A stretch of 64,000 bases of DNA, taken from the NCBI RefSeq assembly GCF_009914755.1, contig NC_060942.1, one strand, 5' to 3'. Under the pieces are notes generated by a model. That model saw only the letters and a program-made list of their open reading frames with translations. It was not told where the DNA came from and made no database searches. The position numbers and the translations under genes were made by a program. Of this stretch, positions 39,938-55,908 are shown piece after piece. Position 1 is the stretch's first letter. Each line of letters opens with the position of its first letter. The DNA is from the human T2T-CHM13v2.0 reference genome, Homo sapiens.

Positions 39938-40222
39938 GGCCTGGTGTGGTGGCTCATGCCTATAACTCCAGCATTTTGGGAGGCAGAGGTGAGAGGATCA
40001 CTTGAATCCAGGAGTTCAAGACTAGTCTGGGCAAGGTAGCAAGACCCCATCTCCACAAAATATTAAAAAATTAGTCAGGTGTGGTGGTTTGTGCCTGTAT
40101 TTCTAGCTACTTGGGAGACTGAGTCAGGAGAATCACTTGAGCTCAGGAGTTTGAGGCTGCAGTGAGCTGTGACCATGCCATTGCACTCCAGCCTGGGGGA
40201 CAGACTGAGTGAGACCCCATCT
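39938..40222 (+). mobile_element. AluJ-type element, no A tail
   Basis: Dimeric Alu with J-type diagnostics (gaggatcacttga, gagtttgaggctgcagtgagctgtga); ends at gagaccccatct. Confidence 0.9.
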
Positions 40223-40441
40223 ACTACATGCCAGCCCAGTTGCTTACAGATGGTGGGAAATAGAAAGACAATTCAGAAGAGAGCCAGGGCTAAATTAGAA
40301 GATTGCTTCTGGCCAACTGACTAGACAAGAAAAGGAAGAGAAAAGAAAAAACCTATAGATACTTGTTTTAAATGACTGAGTTGCAATTTTTATAGTACCA
40401 GGGAGAAAAAATATTTATTTAAGTATATGAAGTATATTTAT

Positions 40442-40812
40442 TGATACAACCAAAGCTCATGTTGAATTGTGATTCCCAATGCTGAAAGTGGCCCCTGGTG
40501 GGAGGTATTTGGGTCATGGAGGTGGATCTCTCAAAGCTTGGTTCTGTCTCTGCGACAGTGAGTGAGTTCTCACGAGATGCGGTCACTTAAAAGTGTGTGG
40601 CACCTCCCCGCCACTCTCTATTGCTCCCGTTCTTCCCATGGGAGATGCTTGCTCCTGCTTTCCCTCCTGCAAGAGTAAAAGCTCCGTGAGACTTCCCAAG
40701 AAGTGGAGCAGGTGGTAGCACTGCAGAACTGTGAGCCAATTAAGCCACTTTTCTTTATAAATTACCCAGTCTCAAGTATTTCTTTATAGCAATGCAAGAA
40801 TGATCTAATACA
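40442..40812 (+). mobile_element. MaLR solo LTR (MSTA/MSTB-like)
   Basis: gtgagtgagttctcacgagat...aaaagtgtgtggcacctcccc...gcagaactgtgagccaattaa...ttctttataaattacccagtctc...ctaataca. Confidence 0.88.
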
Positions 40813-41741
40813 TTTATTTTTACAAATAAAACCCTAAACTCCATGAAGATATAAATTTAAGCTACTACTACATTTATAATTGAGTAAAAAAGTTGAGCCA
40901 TTTTTAAAATGTTTTATTGAATTCTCTTTAAATATTAGATAAAATAGTATTAAAATATTTTATTTTCAAAGGTATCCCCAATAGTCAAAAACCAGGAAAT
41001 AATTGAGTGGAGTCTTCAGAAAAATCTGACAGGTATGCATTAAAAGCAAAACTCAGTGTTAAAGATGGAGTCATTTCCATGGATCATACCAAACATGTCT
41101 CATGGAAGGAATTTACTACCTTGAAGTTTAGGAATAAAGAGTCATTTTATTTCTAAGAATAATGTTTACTTTAAGTTTAAAATTAATAAAGAACAACAAA
41201 TAATCTTTTTTAAGTTCAAAATTGTCTCCTAACAAATTTTCTTCAAAATTTGTCTTTCTACACACTTGAACTCATTGATGTCTCACATTAAACACTGAAA
41301 AAACTGTGCCCAAGTTTCCCATGGAGAGAGATGCTTTATTAGGCTTACTCTCCTCCTTCACATTTTGGAGTCTCTTCCAAGGGACCAACTCATGTCCCTC
41401 CCTACACAGTCCACTGAGACCTTCCAAATAAGGTATCTTCATCTAGATCATCTCATTTAATGTTATGGTTTCAGTTGCTGTTTATTTCTATGCCATAAAA
41501 AATCTACCTGAATAAAATCTCCCATAGTGTTTTCCACAGAGTAGGCAGTCAATACATTTTGTTTACTGACTGTTGAATGGACAATCTAATGAGTCATTCT
41601 AAGTCCATCACCTTCATTCATAAGGTACTTACCTAAGACTGGTCTATTTCTGCTTGCAAAACTGCCTACCACCTTACACAGCACCAGAAATCAGTGAATT
41701 GGAAGAGGATGAATAACAGACTAAATTGATGCCGTAGTGAA

Positions 41742-41744
<3 letters not shown>

Positions 41745-41772
<28 letters not shown>
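41745..41772. repeat. Pure A28 homopolymer (U28 in pre-mRNA)
   Basis: Read directly; no Alu body adjacent. Confidence 0.95.
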
Positions 41773-41774
<2 letters not shown>

Positions 41775-42541
41775 ACCAGAGCATGTGCTAATTATTTTTG
41801 AGCTAGGAAAAGGAATTTGTCTCTTGCTACTCATGGCTATACTATTTTGTTAGTTCCTATTTGAAGACATTTATAATTCATAGTAAATTCTAGTTAACTT
41901 CTTACATTGACTGTTTTATAAATGTTCATGTCATTCAAGAAAGGTAAGAAATTGAAGGTGGGAAAATATGGGTTTAAATAATCACTCTTTCAGAAACAAA
42001 CCTGAGAAGGAAAAGAGAAGTCAAAATTTGGGGTTACACAAAATTAGGGCCTATTTTCCTCATCAATTATTCTGATCATCTGATTGTTTTCATTAAAAAG
42101 TATTGAAACTTCTTTCTGTTTCACTGTTACCAAAATAAGGAGCTACGGCTGGTAGATATCAAGGATGGACAATTGGAGAGGTGAAGGAGTAGCGACAGTA
42201 TGTAAGCACACTGCATCACCATCAAATCACATCACATGCCCAGAGAGACCCCATCCAGAAGAGTGGTAGTATAACTTATAATCCCACCATAAACTAGGAA
42301 AAAAATTATTAGGGAGAATAAAGTATTTTAGAATCCATTAAGAAATACTTTCCTAAGTATATGGTTTCTGTCCTAAAACAAATTAGATTGGTTCATTTTA
42401 TGAGTACTTGATATCATTTAATAAAAAGTCATCACAAATTTCAAAAGGATAAAACAGACAAATTTTTTATCTCATTTAAAAAATTCTCTTATAATTCGTT
42501 TACATGTTGTATCAGAATTATTTCAATAAAACTGATCCTGA

Positions 42542-42951
<410 letters not shown>

Positions 42952-43744
42952 TAACAAATTAATATGTAAATGACTCATACCTGTTCACTGTGCAATAAAA
43001 ATCTTTGCTTCCTTCTACTTCTCTTTAGATGAAGGCTCCTGTGGAGTCCTAGTCATTCTCTTTTGTTTATATCTCTAATGTATCCTTCCAGCTAGTCTTC
43101 TGTCAAAGAAATACCTCGTGTTCTGGTAGTTTTTGTGTCTTACCTACAAAATGTGGTTTGTCTTATACTAGATCATTTCATTTATCCATGTATGTGCCCA
43201 AATTACCTTTGTTCTTTATAACTTTTATCTCCGCTGAGATATTTTAATGCATGTCCCCCTTTCTCTTAGCAGTTCTTACTTTGTTTCTCTCTTTCTCCAT
43301 ATTCTTATTCTGGGTTTGCATTTTCTCATCCATCCATTCCACTTGAACAGCTTTCCTACTGAGGCATGTCAGACCACCCTTCTCTTCTCCTTCAAATCAC
43401 TTCTAAAACCCACCTGCTTCAGAAAGCTTGCTAGCAATTACACCCACACAATGCTGTGGGTGCTGACTTTATTATTCCTGTTGTTTGTACTCTTAGTAAA
43501 TTTTTTAGGACAGAGGTGTGTTTCTTTCACTTTACCTATTCTAGAACATGCTGTGCAATTACAATGTATACAAATGTGCAAGTGGTAGGGTTCTTTTAAC
43601 CCCTTGATTTAACTAAAATTATCTAGATTTTTCAAAACCTTCCCCATTCATTATCCCGAAAATATCTTTTTGAAAAATAGGAAAAAAAATGCCCCCATAT
43701 TCTCTGCATTTCCAAAGGTAATAGCCAAGCTTATATAGGGTATT

Positions 43745-43890
43745 GTGGAGTTTTAGGATTGAAACGGACAAGTAAGTTCATCTATTTCAAATTTCCTCAC
43801 AGACAATGAAACAGATCCAGAGAGATGGACTGACCTTGCCCATGACTCACAGAAAGTGACCAACCTAGCAAGCCTAGGACCCCAGACTGC
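43745..43890 (-). mobile_element. MIR/MIR3 fragment
   Basis: acagacaatgaaacagatccagagagatggactgaccttgcccatgactcacag. Confidence 0.6.
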
Positions 43891-44859
43891 CATGAAAACA
43901 TCCACATGTACATGGTGTGGCGGCTCATTTACAAAAAGGAGCTGCTATTATTGCCATCTTGGCTATCTGTGATGCTTGCAACTCATCGGGGCTCCTCGGG
44001 GCACAGGACTCCAGGACCGACTCTCCAGCACCGCCTCTCCATCGCCAGTTCTTGCTACTAACCGCTGCCTTCTTGGAGGGTTTTCATTTCCCAGTGTACA
44101 CTTTCAGCGCATAGAATGTGCATATTATATTCAAAGGTTTCCTGTCACTTAAGTAGTAACGTCTTAGTTTTCTCTTAAGCTCTCACACCCAGCACACTGC
44201 CTGACAGAGAGCATTTGTGAAAGGGTGCATGAACTACACAGAAGTGAACTGATGTGAGCTTTTTATATGTACACCTAAAAGTAAACGTTTTCAGAATATC
44301 ATGATGGAGGGAACCAGATTGCTGTTATCAAACACACCTAGATTCTGCATCATACAACCAGGTATAACCTCTTAGTTCCCCTTCAGGTCATCCCAGAAAG
44401 ATTAAACTGCAGCACTGAAAAAGTTCTGCATAATCATTACTGATAATATATTGCATAAAGCTAGAAATTCTCCAAATAAAAAAAGTCTAAGAATATAATC
44501 TGGAAAAATAGGGGGCCCTTTCCCAACCAAGCTTCTGCTCCTTGAGAACATTCTACCACAGTATATAATATGAAAGGTGAGAAGTGTTAAGAAAAGGATA
44601 ATATCAAATTTGACATCTTGCGAGGAAAGCACCGTGATTTTTTTTTAATTTTCTTTAGAAATCCAGGTGACAAATCAGTCATTCTTTTAAAAGACATGTT
44701 GCAATATCACTGTTGAATAGCCTTACTAGACATTTAAACATAGTCCTACTTCTAATCCTGCCAGCTCTTCACAGTCTTAATATACATAGGAATCACTATT
44801 TGAAGATATATTTGCTTTTTATAGGTTTAATTCTTTACTGAGAGAAACATGAAGCAACA

Positions 44860-44950
44860 ACTATGTTTGCCTTTTGTGCCCAACGTCTATGAACAATGCT
44901 TGCCACACATTTGAAACTCAATTAATTGTTGAATAAATGAATGAATGAAC
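44860..44950 (+). mobile_element. L2 3' terminus
   Basis: aacaatgcttgccacacat...ctcaattaattgttgaataaatgaatgaatgaa. Confidence 0.7.
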
Positions 44951-45390
44951 TAGACTCAATCTAAACAGCATTTTAAATTTTGTATAACAAAATAATATCA
45001 ATCTAGAAACAATTATGGTGCTAAAAGAATCTGTTTTCCATCAAAACTATCTTAATTCTCCAGTTTTAGTAAGTACAGATTTTAAGCTTAGGGGGTTTCC
45101 TGCCAGTTTTTCAGCTACTTTACCTGGTCGTTTAGTTTTCCTTCCCTCCCTCCCTTAAACCCACTTTTCTTTTTTTCCTTTTTTCTGTTCCTCCTCTTAC
45201 TTTCTCTTTTTTGAAAAAAATGACCTTTATCAAACATGTGGTCACTGCTTATAATTATCAATTTCTAGATATTTATCAATAGCTTTTGCAATATTATTTT
45301 GTTATGCCAAATTTAAAACATTTAAAACCAACTTGTTACACTGTTTAGATTAATTTGAGTTTAGTTCATTCATTCATTTATTCCCCACAC

Positions 45391-45503
45391 CCACCTCAGC
45401 CTCCTGAGTAGCTGAACTGCTGGCACATGCCACACACCACTGAACCCATTAAATTTCTTTAAATTTTCAGTAGAGACGAGGTCTTGCTACGTTGCTTGGA
45501 CTG
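45391..45503 (-). mobile_element. AluJ-like central fragment, truncated at both ends
   Basis: ccacctcagcctcctgagtagctg...ttttcagtagagacgaggtcttgctacgttgc. Confidence 0.85.
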
Positions 45504-45712
45504 TATCAATAGCTTTTAATACAGCTTATTTTTGCTTCCTACTGCCTAAGCCGAACTTAAATGTAAAATTTCGAAGATAATCCTTAGATCTATCTTAAAA
45601 TGAATATGTTAACAGCAGACTTTGTCAAGTTAGATTTAACGATGCCACTCGACTTCTAAATCATGGCGTATCTTTGTGTTGAAATATCTCTCAATTGCTT
45701 ACTTAGTAGTAA

Positions 45713-46011
<299 letters not shown>

Positions 46012-46799
46012 AAGTTTCTATTCTTAAAATAAAGAGGTTATACATCTAAATTACAAATCGTGGCCAAAAAGAGAGACAATTTTTACTACGTTTTCCCCCC
46101 AGTATGTAAATACTGTGTATGTGATTCATACAGGGCATCGTCGGTGGATTTTGGGCAAGTAATAGCCCTTTCAAACGAACTGCTTCTCAAGCTACTCATT
46201 TGTTTCCTAGGATTAGAGGGTAGAAATCCTGATTTTGGTATTCACTTACTAAACCTTTCATGTCCAATTTTTACTTGACTTAAATGTTATTTCTCCAAGA
46301 TGTTGTTAACTCCCTTGCAATCCAATAATACTATTGAGCATTTTTCCTTTCTTAACTGTGATTATATTTGTCACCTATATGCTCATTTATTTATATGCGT
46401 TTCTACCTTTTATATGTATTGCTACCTGACACTATCTCTGACCTCAAATAAAGTAACATTTTATTTCTGTGGTCTTTACATTCTTTTTGCTCCCTGATTT
46501 TCATTGCCTTTAAGTTTGATTTTAAGACTAAACTATGTTTTTTCCACTTCATCAACTTTGTGGAAATATGATTCCTCATTTAGATGCACTTTGACTGAAT
46601 AAGCTATAGTTCTAGCATTAGATGAAATAATTCTACATTATAATAACAAATTGAAAAAATTATATAAATATATGTATACATAATACATACATAATAGGGG
46701 TATGTGTAGATTACATACTATATAAATGATTTATCACATATGACATTGGTAGTGTGCTTCATGTTTAGCAAGAATTTTCATAGACTATGCCATCTGCTT

Positions 46800-46895
46800 T
46801 TCATGATACCTTATAAAGAGGGTAAAGTATGTTGAATGCCCATTTTAGCAACAAGGAAACTGAAGCTTAGGAAGGACTGGCTGAGATCACATAGA
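46800..46895 (-). mobile_element. MIR fragment
   Basis: gcccattttagcaacaaggaaactgaagcttagg...ggctgagatcacatag. Confidence 0.65.
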
Positions 46896-48830
46896 TGACC
46901 CTGTCAACTGTTACATGAACTCATTTTTTTTCCCTAAGGACAATCTTTCCTTCTACTATACTATGCTGCATATCCTTAAACTCCCCATGCCCACAGCAGC
47001 AATCTCCCTATAACAAAAAATTTACAGACTCAGTTAAAGGTTTGCTTATGTAATACAATGTTTAATTCAATAAAATAAATTATTTGCCTTGATATGGGGA
47101 TTTTTATAGGACTTCGCCTGCCACTCAATCTCTTTATGACATGAAGTGCATAGTATATCACATACTTACGAGGTGTCTAATGTTCTATTCATGTGTGGCT
47201 CTGAGAACCTGTACTATTATTTAGTTTTTAGAGAAATGCTTCCTTCTTTGCTTCATTTTCCAAATATTTTAATTACCAGGCTTCAATTATTTACAAGTGT
47301 TTACAAAGAACCTATGGCATACAAGTAACTAACCGGGGACCCACGGAGGCTACCAAGCCAAAGCCCAGCCTCTGCCCCTCTCTCCAGCTCTCTGACCTTC
47401 TCTCCCACGACTCTGTCCTCTGCTCACTCTGCTCCAGGCATACTGTCTCCCTGTTCTCACATAAGCTTGCCAGACATACACAGAGGAGAAAGACATGTAT
47501 CCAAATAACCATATTTGTATAAAGCTTCTCCTCTTTACAAACCTGATAGCTAATGCCTTGTGCATGGCAGGAATTAATAAATCTGTTATCACAAATTGAA
47601 GTACCAGATGAGGAATAAAAAAGTTCATGCTAAATGCTAATATTCCCCAAAGTGTGAGATATATACCCATTAAAGTGTAATACATGGATACTGCTCTAAT
47701 CACAATAACAAGAGAAAAAAGATTAACTGAGATGCTAATATGTCTTTAATACCTCTACAACACTTAATAAACTTGTAGTAATGAACAGGTTTCAGGCTCA
47801 GAGCCTTTTGTGGGTTAGAATATATGGCTAGAAATTTTAGAATATCATTTTGTATTCATTCTTCTATTTATGGTGAATGATACTGATTATATACTTAGGG
47901 TTCTGAGTTTTGGGAGTTTTTTGTTTTTATGTTAAAGATTAAATGCTTATAGAGCATTGATAACATAGGTAATGTATAAAGAGTTAACTGTTAAACACCT
48001 GTATACCTGGACTCCTGCACAGCCTCCTATGCAGCCCTCCCAGACAATCCGTTACTCTTTCTCTAAATTTGCATTTTCTATATTAATAATGAGAATAAAT
48101 ATTTTCACATGTTCACTGGACCTTCATGCTTCCTATTTGTGAAATTCTGTTCATGTCAATTTCCCATTTTCCTATATGGCAGTTTGCGTTTTTCTATCAG
48201 TTTCTAGCTGTTTCTTACATAGTTTTGGAAACTATTCATTTTTCTAGTTATGTGTTATAAATTTGTTTTATAAACCTGTAGCTTTTGTTTTCACTCCCTA
48301 TATGATGTTTGGTAAACATAAATTATTTTTAACGTTGCTGAACATATTTTATTTGTGATTTATATTGTGTGGGCTTGTTTACAAAATAATTCCCTTATAG
48401 AAAGTGATAAAAATATTCTTTTATTTTACTAAAAGGTTTATGGTTTTGCCTTTCACACATCTGTCTTTAAACCACTAATTTTTATACATGTCAGTAGAGA
48501 TTCAATTTTATTTTATTCCATATAGATAATGAGTTGAATAGTTTATCCATTTCCCCACTAATGTGCAAAGGCAGTTCTATTCTACACTGAATTTTATACA
48601 TGTAATATCCTTTTTGGAGAAATCTCTGTGTGGTTCTGTGGACTAACACTGCATAATCCTAATCACTGCAGATTTATTATAAATTGACTAGAAAATGGGA
48701 CAAATATTTTCTCTGCCTATTCTTTTTCTTCAAGAATATCTTTGTCATGTGACTTTTCATTCTTCTATACATGTTTTGGAAACTGCTTATCAAGTTCCAA
48801 AAAATAAAAATATATAAAAAATATTTTAAT

Positions 48831-49146
<316 letters not shown>

Positions 49147-49186
<40 letters not shown>
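49147..49186. repeat. (TA)20 microsatellite
   Basis: Read directly; abuts the Alu A tail. Confidence 0.95.
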
Positions 49187-49191
<5 letters not shown>

Positions 49192-49769
49192 ATAGAAACA
49201 TATATTTTAAAACCTGTTGAAATTTTCATTGGAATAGCACTAAATCTATAGATCAATTTAGAGATAACTGACAGACTTACAGTATTGAGTCTTCCTATAA
49301 CTTCCACGAACAAGTTATATCTGATCATTTGTTCAAGTCTTTTAAAATATTTCAGTAATGTTTTATCATTTTTTCCATAAATGTCTTATATATTTTGTAA
49401 GATTGATTTCTAAGTACCTATTTTTTTCTCCCTATCATAAGTAGGATTATTTTAAAATGTGTATTTTCTGGGTTTTGCTAGTGAATAAAAATCCAGTTGA
49501 CTTAAATGTGTTGATTTGGTACCCAGCAACTTTGCTAAAGTTTTATTGTAATAATTTGTCTTTAGATTCTTTGGGTGTCGTTTTACATGCAAATATATTA
49601 CCTGTATATGACATTATAATCTGTATATTTTCAATTTTTGTGCTACTTTTTTCTAATACTCAAATTCATTTTGATTTTATCTTAGCTTACAGGCTACATC
49701 ACCCAGCATGCCTTAATAGTAATTTTAGTTATAAAATATTAGTTAAAATTTCCCTGCAAATTACATTGT

Positions 49770-49895
49770 CAGTATAATAATATAGTTACATTATAACATA
49801 TATTATAATGATAATATTATAGTTACATTATAATTATATTATAAAATATATAACTATATAATAAAATAATGGTTATATGTAACTATTATTTATAA
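49770..49895. repeat. AT-rich low-complexity tract
   Basis: Repeated atagttacattataa units and an inverted atgtaactat. Confidence 0.75.
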
Positions 49896-52800
49896 TGCTT
49901 GCTTAAGATAATATTTTAAAAAGTTTTTATTAGGGTAAGGGAATTCCCACCTATTCTTAGTTTAGTGTTCTTTTTTGATCATGAAAATATGTTAAATACA
50001 GTTTTTCCATTGACTTTTGAGATAAAAATATAATTTATCTCTTTTAATCTGTTAATGTGGTCAATTAAATTAATTGATTTCCTGAAATTGAACCCACCTT
50101 GCATTCTTGTGATAAACCTATTTCAATCATAATGTATTCTCTTTTTTATACATGGATTTAGCTACTAATACTTTGTTCAAAATTTTAAAATGTAAAATCA
50201 TGAATAAAAGTGGCCTACATTTCTCTTTTTCAGTATTTTTGTCTGGTTTTGATATCAGGATCATATCAGATTCATCAAATGAACAAAGGTATTTTCTCAT
50301 TTTGTATTTTCTTGCACAGTTTTGAAATTATGTGTATGTTTAGGGCGACTCATTTTGAAAGCCACCTGAGCCTAATATTTTCTTTGGAGGAAAGATTTTC
50401 AACAATTTATTAAACTCTTTAATGTTTATTGAATCACTATACTTCTCTTTTTTTCTTGAGCCATTTTTGGTAACATATTATTCTAAGATGGTTTCTATAT
50501 ACTGTAACTTAAATTCTCTACCATTAGCATAAAGTTACTCATAGTATTATTTTTTCTTCTTTTATCTTCATTTGGCATTTTTTGTAAAATTTTAATTGGG
50601 AAATAACTTTACATATAGTAAACTGTAGTAATCTTAAGTATACTGCTTGGTGAAATTTCAGATATCACTCACCAGGATAACCAACACATAGAGAAGATAT
50701 GAAACACTTCCAGCATCCAGGTAACGCCTTGCTGTTCCTTCCCTGTTGACACGATCCCAGAAGTAACTACTCTGACTTTGATCATCACAGATTAGTTTTG
50801 TCCATTCTTAAACTTTACATGAATAAAGTCATTTTGCTCCTCATTCTCTCAAAAAAAGAATTATTGCATTCTTTTTATAGTTATTTTGATATGTGTAATG
50901 TTTCTCCTATTAGCTTTTTAACTTCTGCGAGTACAAAGTAAGGCTCCCCTTTTCATTATTAATATTATTTATCTCTGGTTCTTTTTACTGATTCATCTCA
51001 CCAGAAGTCTGTAAATTCTGTCAGTCTTTTCAGAAAACTAACTTTTCACTTTCTTGGCCTCCTTGTTGTTCATTGTTTCTTTGTTTTCTATTTATCTTAA
51101 GTTGATATATCTCAGTGATAGTATGCTTTCCTTATTTTCTAAAGTATATTTTCTAACAACTATCCCTCTAAGTGGTGCATTTAGTTATATCTCGAAACTT
51201 TTGAAATGTATTTATCCTTCAGTTTTCAGCATTTTTAATTTCTATATTATGCCTTCTTTGTTCAATGTATGTTTTAAACTTTAAAATGTATGATTTTAAG
51301 ATATCCTTTTCATTTATAAATTACTTGTATTATAGTCAGAGAACTTGATTTGTGTGATCCTCAGGTTTTAAGTTTATTGAGATAAGCTTTATGATAGGAA
51401 GCACGTGAAGGAGACCAGCTGAGATTTAATATAGTTTGGCCTGGAGAAAGGATGCAGGAGATGCAGATAGAAGAGAAATTACAAAAGAATAATCAATGGC
51501 TCCTGGGGAGTGACTGCCCTAACAGGTTAGGAGAACAGGAAACATATAGGAAACAGAAACAAAGTTTCAGGCAGAATGACGAGGCGAAAGACGAAACACT
51601 AACCAAAATGGGAGAAAAATGAAATTATAGTTGGAGTTGATTAAAGGGCTAGCAGAAGCTTCAACTGGTAATGTGAAAAGGGAAGCTGAAAATTTAAGAC
51701 TGGGAGTTAAACAGAAGTTGAGAATTGAAACTTCATATTTTGCTTATTTGTATGGGATAATAATGAGGTAATAGGAAATAGGAATTCCTATTTCAGAATA
51801 GAAAAGTAGGTTAAGAATAGAACCTTTAGAAACATGCACATTTAAAAGATAAAAAAGCATAAAAAGGTTTGTAAAAGTATAAATAAGGGGAACCAGCTAT
51901 TCAGGCTTTTTAAAAGCTTTTGGCAAGATTCTTAAAATTAGGCTGCTAAATTTCTAGAAATACAAAGTACATGTACTAGAAAACTACATCTACATCATGT
52001 GGTAGGTAGAGCAACACCGTAATAAGAGATCCAGACATCCGGAATATAGCTTTCACTTTTCTTTCATCATTTAAAATCATCCTGACTAGATATTTACTAA
52101 TCTCCATCTTGACAAAATCTCAGTCAAAAATGTGAAATGTTTCTCCTAGACAGAGTTCTATGATGACACAAGATGATTCCAAAGTCCTTTGGCCTAGTAC
52201 CAAAAGGATAAATGTTATTATGTGCAATCAGCAATTTGAAATACAAAAACATTCCTATTTTTGAATTTCATAAGTTCTAAAAAGTCACTGTAACCATATA
52301 AAAAATATCAACAAAAGGTCTAGAACTGGAGGTAAGTACAGAAAATCTAGGAATGGTAGATGCAGCAAATTCAATAATGGGGGCAATGGTCAGTATCAGG
52401 TGATCACGGAACTGGGTAGAAAGCGTGGATGCAAGGCACCTGCTCCCACATTCCAACCCACGGTACTGGTGCCAGGGCCGTTGACTCCCTGTTCTATTAC
52501 TTTGTAGATGGCAAAAAAATATTGAATACAACAACAACAATACAGATTGGACTTGGCAGAGCAATTCACTGTCTTTGAAGAACACCTTGAACCTTATCAA
52601 TTTATTTGGTCCTGTAAATTTTCTATTTAATTTTTTAAATACTGTCTCTTTAGAGGGAGTTTAACCCATTTAGTTTTTGCTCTTTGCATAATTAACTTAG
52701 CAAAACTTAGTATCAGCAATTTGAAATTTGAAAACTTTAAAATATTTTTTAATCAACCTGTTTTTTTCAGCCTCATAGGGAAATTCTGATGAACAGAACA

Positions 52801-53099
52801 ATACAAAACAGAACTCCGGGACTTGAGTAGGCTCTGAATTGTCATCATGCACATTTCCATCTTCCATACAAAAACCATAAAAAATATTGATTCTAAGACA
52901 CTTAAAACAGATCTTCATATTAAAGATGAACTTTGGATTGTTACAAACTTCAAACCTTTTACTGTATTTTAATATTTTTAGATCAAACCTAACTTTAAAA
53001 TAGTTTTAGGCTAAATGACCTATACCCATATGTATTAGTAACTAGATGTAACTGAAAATAAAGTATACACCATTTTGTGTTACTCTGAAGGACTTACAC

Positions 53100-54985
53100 T
53101 GTATTCATTTATTCAACTAACATTTACTGAGCCCTTATGATAAGTTGATGGGCATTCAGAGATGAGAAAGGAGAAGAACGAAATAGGGCTTTTTTCCTTG
53201 ATACAGGGTCTCACTCTGTTGCCCAGGCTGGAGTACAACGATGCTATCACTGCTCACTGCAGCCTTGAGCTCCTGGGCTCATGCAATCCTCCCACTTCAG
53301 CCTCCTGAGTAGCTAGAACTACAGGTGTGCACCACCACACCTGATTAATTTTTCATTTCTGTAGAGACAGGATCTTGCTGTGTTGGCTAGGCTGGTCTCA
53401 AACTCCTGGCCTCAATGATCCTCCCACCTCAGCCTCCCAAAGTGCTGGGATTATAGGCATGAGGCATCATGCCCGGCCGAGTGAACAAATAATGACATTT
53501 TTAAAAGAAAATCCTAAAGGGCAGACCACCTTTGATAAGGTTTTCAGGAAGGCCAACCTGACAGACGAGAAAGAGCCAGCAGAACAGACAGGCTGTTTGG
53601 GAAGAGCAGCTCAGGTGATAAAGTGGGGAAGCAGCACATGTTCAGGATCTGGGCAGAGTTAAGAAGGAAGAGTCGCCAGAAGGAAGTGAGAATAGCCTGC
53701 CACAGCCAGAGAGCCCATGACTTTGTAAGCTGGTGAGGCGTTGGGGTTCATTTGAGAAAGTGGGAAGCCACGAAAAAATTTTAAGTGACTTCACTTAATT
53801 TACAGGTCTACGCTTCCAACTGCAGCATGAAGAATGGACTGGAAGTAGGCAGAAGATGAAGGAGAGGATCTGTTAGGAAGCTACTGCGGTATCCAGACGA
53901 GAAACAATTGCAGCCTAGACTAAAATTCTGGCTTTGAAGGTATACAGAAGTGGATGAGATATTTGAAGATACTTATTGGAGGTGGAATCAACAGCATTCA
54001 TTGATGGATTAAACATGGAGAATGAGAGAAAAGAGGAATGAGGAATGATTCACAGGTTTCTTGCTTGAGTAATTGGGTGTAGAGTGGTTCCCTTTACTAA
54101 AATGATGGAAGTCTGGAAGAGGAAAACGTTTCAGGAGAGAGAACCAGGAGTCTAGGGTATACATACGACATTTCAGACAAAGGTTTCCTGGATGAAAAAT
54201 CTAGGTGGTCATTTGTCCTGCAAAAATAAGAAGATATTTTGGGAGGGCAACCAGGCACATTCAAGCTCCATGGCATGATACCCATGCAGTGAGGCCTTTG
54301 CCTAATATGGGCCTGGCACTGTCAGAGGTACCAAGAATATGAGACTGAGTAAGTTCTTGTCCCAGGAAATTAATCAGAGGAAAAGACAATGTAATAGATA
54401 ATCACAAAGCAGTGTAACAATTTTCACGTGATATTTACTCCATATTATCTGCACAGGGCATTGAGGGGATAGGGAGATGCTTGGGATGGAGAGTCAGGCT
54501 CATAGACGGCCTTCTAGAATAGTTGATCTCCAAAGAAAGGATAAGCTGGACAGCCTTCTGGAAGGTGGAAGACAGTCAAGAGGAGAGAGGTTATTTGGGG
54601 AGAAGAAACAGGACAGCCTCAGTAAGACACAGAGACAATATGTTATGTGTGGTTAATTAAAGTGCTTCCAATTATAGAACAAGGAGAGGGCAGGGAAAAG
54701 AAGGGAAAGCCGAAACCTGAAGGGTCCTGTATTTCACAATAAAAGGATTATTATATCATCCTATGGGGATGGAGGAGCAGAACACTTACAATGTTTCAAA
54801 TAGGAAGGGACATGCTAGACAGATTTGTGTTTTAGATGGATGGTTCTGGCAGTGGTGTGGAGATGGATTTGAAAATGATGAGACTCAAGTCAGAAGGACC
54901 AAATGAAGCTGCTTCAGTTGCTCAGGAAAAGAAGATCAGAGATTGAACTTAAAACGTGGTAAGGGGATGGTGGGAGGAGTTGATT
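53100..54985 (-). mobile_element. L2 fragments, interrupted by an Alu
   Basis: ttcatttattcaactaacatttactgagc (reverse L2 tail) followed by purine-rich L2-like sequence such as ggaggtggaatcaacagcattcattgatggatt. Confidence 0.65.
53190..53478 (-). mobile_element. AluJ-type element
   Basis: cagggtctcactctgttgcccagg...actgcagccttgagctcctgggctca...gcccggcc. Confidence 0.92.
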
Positions 54986-54999
54986 CAAGAAAAACAGTT

Positions 55000-55908
<909 letters not shown>

